Shown one piece after another: positions 58,503 to 64,000 of a DNA stretch of 64,000 nucleotides (the stretch's first letter is position 1; each line of letters opens with the position of its first letter). Location: the IMG/VR virus record IMGVR_UViG_3300027763_000039, positions 1 to 64,000 of that record; one strand, given 5' to 3'. Both the position numbers and the translations under genes were made by a program. The DNA is from a virus. The notes below the pieces were generated by a model. The model was not told where the DNA came from. It was given only the letters and a program-made list of their open reading frames with translations, and made no database searches.

Positions 58503-61500
58503 CTAGTTCAAATACAATGGATCAGCACCATAATGATTGAGCTGATTGATTCTTGCTGTGGCTGACCATATTGCAGTATATCCTGTGGAACCACTAGCAA
58601 CAATACTCAGTCTAGAGGGATTAGATGCAACTATTTGAGTGCTCAATGACATTCCAGCAGGCATACTATCTCCATAAGTTCTTACGCTTTCTGTGCCAAG
58701 CTTAGAAAATCTAAGACCACTCACTGTTCTAATTAGAGCCCCTTCAATAAATATACCAGCCCCATATCTAGTCCCATAAGTATTTTGAGCTATTGTAGTC
58801 CCAGATTGCCACATAACAGAAACATCTATTTGATATGCCCAAACTCTATCGTATTCATAATTTTGAGATCCAGAAAAAGCATCCAAATTGATACAGTTGG
58901 TTGAGGTTTCTGTTGTAGAAACTGTGCTTCCAGTTTGTGGTTTTGTCCAATCATTTACTAATGGTCTTACTTGACCACCATCTGTTGTACGAGTTCTTAA
59001 ATAGTATTGAGCAAACTGGGATGATCCGTTGTATTTTTCTTCACTAACCTTCAGAGATCCTCCAGCAAAAACATGATTATGTGTTGTGCGAGTTACTTGT
59101 GCTTTATAACCAAATTCTATACCAGCAATAGTACCAGGATCATTAGCTGTTGTGTTTTGATAAACTCTTAAACCACTAGATCCTACCCATGCATCTCCAC
59201 GATAAACTAACATGCTTCCATCAGTCATGTTGGTGCCATCAACAAATTTATTAGTTAAACCAATATCTACTCTGTATGATGAATTACCTTGTGAAGTGTA
59301 GGTTATATTTGCTGGATATATTCCAGAAAACTGTGTTTTCAAATCTATATCGCTAAAGCTCAAATTCCCATACTGGTCAGTTTTTAAATAATATCCAGAG
59401 ACGGTTGCTCCCACACCAAGTTTCAAACTATTAAACCAAGCTGTACCATTAGCATATAATACCACTCCACTGCTATTAGCATTAGAAATATTATTAGATG
59501 AAGCATTGATCATCACTGATCCAGTTGGACTAATATGAAAACCATTTCTATTGCTCCAAGAACCAGAATTAATAACCGAAAATTTATTACCTAAGCCACG
59601 GTTATTAAATACTGTATCATAATTATCGTTAGAGCTTAGTACGATATTATAAAAGCTATCTGGATTATTAACTAGAACATCATTAGTAAAGACTCCAGTA
59701 GCTCCCAGAGCTAAAATTTGTTGAGAATTGATCCATTTGATGCTGGCATTTCCTGTAGCTAATGAGCCTTCATTTGCAAAAATAACACTATTAGGTCTTG
59801 TTGTAGTAGAGTTTAATCGTCCACTATTATTAACATATAAGAATGTTCCAGTAAGACTAGGAGATAGATTGATTCCACTACTGATTGTTAAATTATTAAA
59901 TGTGCCAGAATTACCACTAACATTATAAAAATCGATTCTTTGATTACCAAAATTAGTATCTAATAATACTTTAGCAAATTCAACACCACCACTACCTCTT
60001 ATTCTGAATCTGTATGTGGATGCTTCATCATTAACAAATACCCCGGTAGAAGCAATATAAAAACCATTATCTCCCCCCAAATTAAAATTCATTTGTTTGG
60101 TACTAGGACTGTACAATATCTCAGAAATGCCACTAGCAACCTTATCACTTACTCTATACAATAATCCATTATCCGTACCAGAAATTCTAACAGGCAACTG
60201 CCATGTTCCAACGCCGTTAGTATTAGTTGTTAATACATAAGCGTCTGGAGCAGAAAAACCCACTCTAATTCCGGATGTTGTTGTTGTTCCACTTACTGAT
60301 AACTCTGATGTTGGACTATTTGTATTAATACCTACTCTATTATTATTTAAAGAAACATTCAAAACACTAGTATTATCATTACTAGACTTAATAATAAAGT
60401 TATCTTGTATAGCACCAGAATTGAAGACAACCTTATCATTATCTAATAACATCTTATTAGAATTATTAGTGCCCATATAAAGAGTATTATCTGCAACACC
60501 ACTAATACCGTATCCTAGCACCACATTACGAACACCAGAAACATTATTATTATAACCAACAACAACACCACTACTATACAAATATCTATTATTAGTGCCA
60601 ATAACTATATTATTAGAACCATAGATTGGATTCGTTTCAGTACCACCAGCCCCACCCATTCGTTGATATGGCATTACTAAACCACTAATTACGGATGTAT
60701 TGGGACTATTATTATCATCAAAAGCAGTATTGATAGAATAATATCCATTAGTAGTATCAACAGACATTGGTGAACCAATAGATATGGTAGTGGTTTCATC
60801 AATAGTATTTTCTGTTACATTAACAATATCTCTAATGAAAGTATTTGAAACAGATGGTGAGCTTTGAACGTAAAATAAAATCTTATCACCGGCTATATAT
60901 TGTGACAATAATCCACGGGTGGGAATTGTTATATTGAGTCCAGCACTATCTAAAGTACATTTGTCTCTGGTGGAACCTAAAGTATTATTACGACCATATA
61001 CTATATTATTGATACCGTGTAAATTATTTGATGTTCCAATAATGATTCCACTTGATACTGCCTGATTATATCCTAATACAATATTTCCACTACCAAAAAC
61101 ATCCATTTTATTATTTGTGGTGTTAAAAACTATAGACTCTTGACCAACAGCTAGTATCTTAGATCCAACAGCACCTAATTGATCACCGACCAAGAAATTA
61201 GAATTGCCAATTGCATAAGCGTTGGAAGTATTTTTTAAGTTATTATAGGAACCAACAGAACTAATATTAGAACCAGAAGCAACATTTTTATTACCCAAAA
61301 TAACATTACTATTACCAGATAATACCAAATTATTAATACCAGCAACAATAGAATTATTAACTGTTCCAGCTGTTCTAGCAGGGTTACCGCTAATGGCTCC
61401 ATCTGAAGAGATATAAGCTCCAGTTTGATTATTCAGTATGCCTACAATTAAATTATTATTACTAATGGGTGGGACAGCATTAATGCTACCCAATACTAAA

Positions 61501-62831
61501 TTGTTAGAGACAGTACCACTTAAATTATTAGTATTGCCAACAACTAAAGAACCATTGATATCCTTAAGAGTATTAGACTGACCAATAAGTAATAGTTTGG
61601 ATGGGGCTCCACTAGCAAAATTATTATTGATACCTAAAAGAATACTTTGATCCAGACCAGAGCTTGTAGAATTACCTAATCCAATAACAATAGACTTGCT
61701 TGTATCTTGTAAATTAATATTATTGCCAACAAAAATACCACTAGAAATATTAGTTATATTTTGATCAGAACCAATACAGATAAGTTTGGTGCCGGTAATT
61801 ACATCTGAACTGCCATATACTTTATTAGAGTTACCACTTAAACTAACTTTAGAACCAACTACGCTATTATCATTACCAAATATAGTATTAATATTACCAA
61901 TATAAATATTGTTGTCGCCAGTATTACTTACATAAGAACCCAAAACAACACCAGATGCTCCAGAACCAACTCCAACTTGAACTAATCCAACATTTGTAGA
62001 AACATTAAGATTGTTATTCCTTCCTAAAAGAATATTATAGTTACCAGTAATACTACTAGAATTACCAACAAAAATATTAGATAACCCAGTTAAACTAACT
62101 GAGTCACCCAGAGCAGTATTATTTGAACCAATTAATCTAGAGTTATTTACTAGAGCAAAAACTTTGGCTCCATTAAAATAGTTTGAACTACCAACAACTA
62201 TGCCAGTATTAGATATTCCTGTGTTACTTGAGCCGACAGTTGTTAATCCAACACCAGTTACAGAATTGCCAACACCTAAGACTGTGTATGTATAACCAGA
62301 AACGCTGTTGCCACCACCCAGCACAACATTTCTTAAATTAGCACTAAATACTGGTTTATTTGTTCCTTTATCGTCAACAGTGAATAGTATTTCGCCACTA
62401 GTAGATCCCGTAATAGGATCTAAAATTTTGGACATTATTTGTCCGTAAACAATTTCGTTATAATTAGTGTCTCGTCCAGCCAAATTAATAGTAGCTGGAT
62501 AGCTGCCAGATAATGGAGCAGTTTGGGGGTTGTGTACTAATAGGAGGGTGACACCTGTGGGGCAATTTGTAATACTCTCAACAATTAAGCCATCTTTAGC
62601 ACATGGGGCGACCACATGCAAAACAGCATCTGGTAATCCTGTACCAATTCCTAGTCTGCCAGTTGAGGCATCAAAATGTACTAGTCCATTACCGGTACCA
62701 CGAATGCTAAAATCAATATCTTGTTTGAGAGCATTAAAAGAGGTGCTAATACCAGAAGTTTCTGATAAGATAATTGATGGATTAACGCCAGAACCAACAT
62801 AGAGTGTGCCGGATACTGTTTGATTGCTCAT
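58503..62831 (-). CDS. Tail fibre/adhesin-like protein with YadA-head-like repeats
   Basis: Many ~14-15-aa GxxN...N(I/V)(V/I)G repeats; RLGIGTGLP and RVGINTNSP tail-fibre motifs. Confidence 0.75.
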   Translation of the reverse strand: MSNQTVSGTLYVGSGVNPSIILSETSGISTSFNALKQDIDFSIRGTGNGLVHFDASTGRLGIGTGLPDAVLHVVAPCAKDGLIVESITNCPTGVTLLLVHNPQTAPLSGSYPATINLAGRDTNYNEIVYGQIMSKILDPITGSTSGEILFTVDDKGTNKPVFSANLRNVVLGGGNSVSGYTYTVLGVGNSVTGVGLTTVGSSNTGISNTGIVVGSSNYFNGAKVFALVNNSRLIGSNNTALGDSVSLTGLSNIFVGNSSSITGNYNILLGRNNNLNVSTNVGLVQVGVGSGASGVVLGSYVSNTGDNNIYIGNINTIFGNDNSVVGSKVSLSGNSNKVYGSSDVITGTKLICIGSDQNITNISSGIFVGNNINLQDTSKSIVIGLGNSTSSGLDQSILLGINNNFASGAPSKLLLIGQSNTLKDINGSLVVGNTNNLSGTVSNNLVLGSINAVPPISNNNLIVGILNNQTGAYISSDGAISGNPARTAGTVNNSIVAGINNLVLSGNSNVILGNKNVASGSNISSVGSYNNLKNTSNAYAIGNSNFLVGDQLGAVGSKILAVGQESIVFNTTNNKMDVFGSGNIVLGYNQAVSSGIIIGTSNNLHGINNIVYGRNNTLGSTRDKCTLDSAGLNITIPTRGLLSQYIAGDKILFYVQSSPSVSNTFIRDIVNVTENTIDETTTISIGSPMSVDTTNGYYSINTAFDDNNSPNTSVISGLVMPYQRMGGAGGTETNPIYGSNNIVIGTNNRYLYSSGVVVGYNNNVSGVRNVVLGYGISGVADNTLYMGTNNSNKMLLDNDKVVFNSGAIQDNFIIKSSNDNTSVLNVSLNNNRVGINTNSPTSELSVSGTTTTSGIRVGFSAPDAYVLTTNTNGVGTWQLPVRISGTDNGLLYRVSDKVASGISEILYSPSTKQMNFNLGGDNGFYIASTGVFVNDEASTYRFRIRGSGGVEFAKVLLDTNFGNQRIDFYNVSGNSGTFNNLTISSGINLSPSLTGTFLYVNNSGRLNSTTTRPNSVIFANEGSLATGNASIKWINSQQILALGATGVFTNDVLVNNPDSFYNIVLSSNDNYDTVFNNRGLGNKFSVINSGSWSNRNGFHISPTGSVMINASSNNISNANSSGVVLYANGTAWFNSLKLGVGATVSGYYLKTDQYGNLSFSDIDLKTQFSGIYPANITYTSQGNSSYRVDIGLTNKFVDGTNMTDGSMLVYRGDAWVGSSGLRVYQNTTANDPGTIAGIEFGYKAQVTRTTHNHVFAGGSLKVSEEKYNGSSQFAQYYLRTRTTDGGQVRPLVNDWTKPQTGSTVSTTETSTNCINLDAFSGSQNYEYDRVWAYQIDVSVMWQSGTTIAQNTYGTRYGAGIFIEGALIRTVSGLRFSKLGTESVRTYGDSMPAGMSLSTQIVASNPSRLSIVASGSTGYTAIWSATARINQLNHYGADPLYLN

Positions 62832-62843
62832 TATAATTACCCC

Positions 62844-64000
62844 TTATACTTGGAGTACTCCTTCTGTTTTCATTGCTAGTTTGTTCATGGCTCCGTTAAC
62901 TTGATCTAGGATCATTCTCTGAATAGGTTCTTGCATATTAGCAAATACTGATGCTCCATTAATAACAACTTCTACTCTGTGTGTACCTTGTAGATTAACT
63001 TGTTCTGGTATTTTAATCTGTTCAAGTTGACCAATAAATCTATTGAAAGTGCTGGTAAACTGGCTTAATCCGTCTAATTGACCTCTGCTATTATTATTTA
63101 CACCACCACCGACTGGAGTTGCCCCCATGCTTTGAATCATGTTTTCTAAAGCCATACCAAATTGGGTTAATACTTGATTACTTCCAGTTAATAAAGTTCC
63201 AAATATCGCTAATTGTTTATCAACATCTCCAGCATGTTGAGGATCAAAAGCTGCTTGAGCAGCCATATTTACTCTTTGGCTCATTTGGGGATTCATCTGT
63301 TGATTACCCTGAGTAAACATTGCCTGATTTTGTTGTTGGTTCTGTTGGTTTGTCTGATTCCCTTGAGGAGGAGCTTGTTGAATCTGTCTTGGTATTCCTC
63401 TATATTTATATTCTTCAGCTTTATTTATTTGTGCTTCTTTTACTCTCTCGCCCAATGCTTTTCTTTCAGCTTCTATACTATCTCTAGTCTGTTTTCTCTC
63501 TGCTTCTATTGCTGCTAGTCTTAGTTGATCTAATTGTCTTCTTTCATCTCTGTCTTGTGTATATTTTCGTTTTTTAGGAGTTTCTCCACCTGACTCTAAG
63601 TATACTACTCCACCACTAGAAAATCCTTGGGCTCCACTATTAATACTCTTTAACAGAGGTAGATTTTGCTGAGTGGCCTGACGATTAACAACAAACTCTC
63701 CTGGGGTCAACATTGCTGGTACAGTGTCTGTGCCTCTTGGCTGATAAGGAATCAACATTCCATTATTAGCATAAACCACCCCACCTCTAGCCTTAGCTAA
63801 TACATCAATATTACTAGGAGCTAAATTGTCTGAACCAATATATTTAATAGCTGATCCAGGTGGCATAGTTTCAAAAAATCCTTCTCTAAATTTTTGAAGC
63901 ATCTCTGGATTTCTTTTTCCTATAAACTTCATAATTTGGGATAGAACTTCACCATCTCTTGTTACTGCATCTGTACTATCATATATTGCTCGTCTGCTTG
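62844..64000 (-). CDS. Tape-measure-like protein, C-terminal part (start outside the window)
   Basis: GTDTVPAMLTPGEFVVN and GGVVY motifs typical of tape-measure C-termini; the frame is open to the window end. Confidence 0.75.
   Translation of the reverse strand, partial: SRRAIYDSTDAVTRDGEVLSQIMKFIGKRNPEMLQKFREGFFETMPPGSAIKYIGSDNLAPSNIDVLAKARGGVVYANNGMLIPYQPRGTDTVPAMLTPGEFVVNRQATQQNLPLLKSINSGAQGFSSGGVVYLESGGETPKKRKYTQDRDERRQLDQLRLAAIEAERKQTRDSIEAERKALGERVKEAQINKAEEYKYRGIPRQIQQAPPQGNQTNQQNQQQNQAMFTQGNQQMNPQMSQRVNMAAQAAFDPQHAGDVDKQLAIFGTLLTGSNQVLTQFGMALENMIQSMGATPVGGGVNNNSRGQLDGLSQFTSTFNRFIGQLEQIKIPEQVNLQGTHRVEVVINGASVFANMQEPIQRMILDQVNGAMNKLAMKTEGVLQV

Noticed and set aside
63280-63385. Gln/Asn-rich low-complexity tract in the tape-measure-like protein
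   Set aside because: An ordinary disordered linker with no exact DNA tandem repeat or sign of phase variation.
146-63518. Numerous short antisense or alternate-frame ORFs in the track (e.g. 682..945, 33476..33781, 45911..46267)
   Set aside because: They overlap well-supported genes, lack motifs, and look like shadow ORFs.

Overview
AT-rich, gene-dense 64-kb segment of a large tailed dsDNA bacteriophage genome. I saw no tRNA, rRNA, CRISPR array, integrase or transposase. The plus strand (1-42764) carries, in order: small membrane/secreted proteins with a papain-like (C1) peptidase and a paralogue lacking the catalytic Cys; a 1313-aa beta-solenoid repeat protein; dCMP deaminase; glycosyl-/methyltransferase cluster 1; class II ribonucleotide reductase, PhoH and an HNH nuclease; a replication/recombination module (RecA, DnaB, DnaG, dNMP kinase, Cas4/AddB-like nuclease, DnaE, DEDDh exonuclease, SSB); glycosyltransferase cluster 2 with several degenerate enzyme-like genes; an annealing-protein-like gene; and a YfaP-like membrane protein. 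The minus strand (42748-64000) carries a convergent block of very large putative tail/virion genes. The main discovery is the DNA polymerase III alpha (dnaE) locus, which is encoded in three pieces. The conserved N-terminal PHP motif YVPLHVHS-x-YSLLDG is interrupted by an exact 10-nt insert (TAGGTGGGCT: stop codon plus Shine-Dalgarno-like element) lying within two mutually exclusive RNA hairpins. This points to programmed translational bypassing, frameshifting or coupled re-initiation. The gene is split again, without inteins, around a free-standing proofreading exonuclease. All product calls come from motif recognition by eye; no database searches were run.
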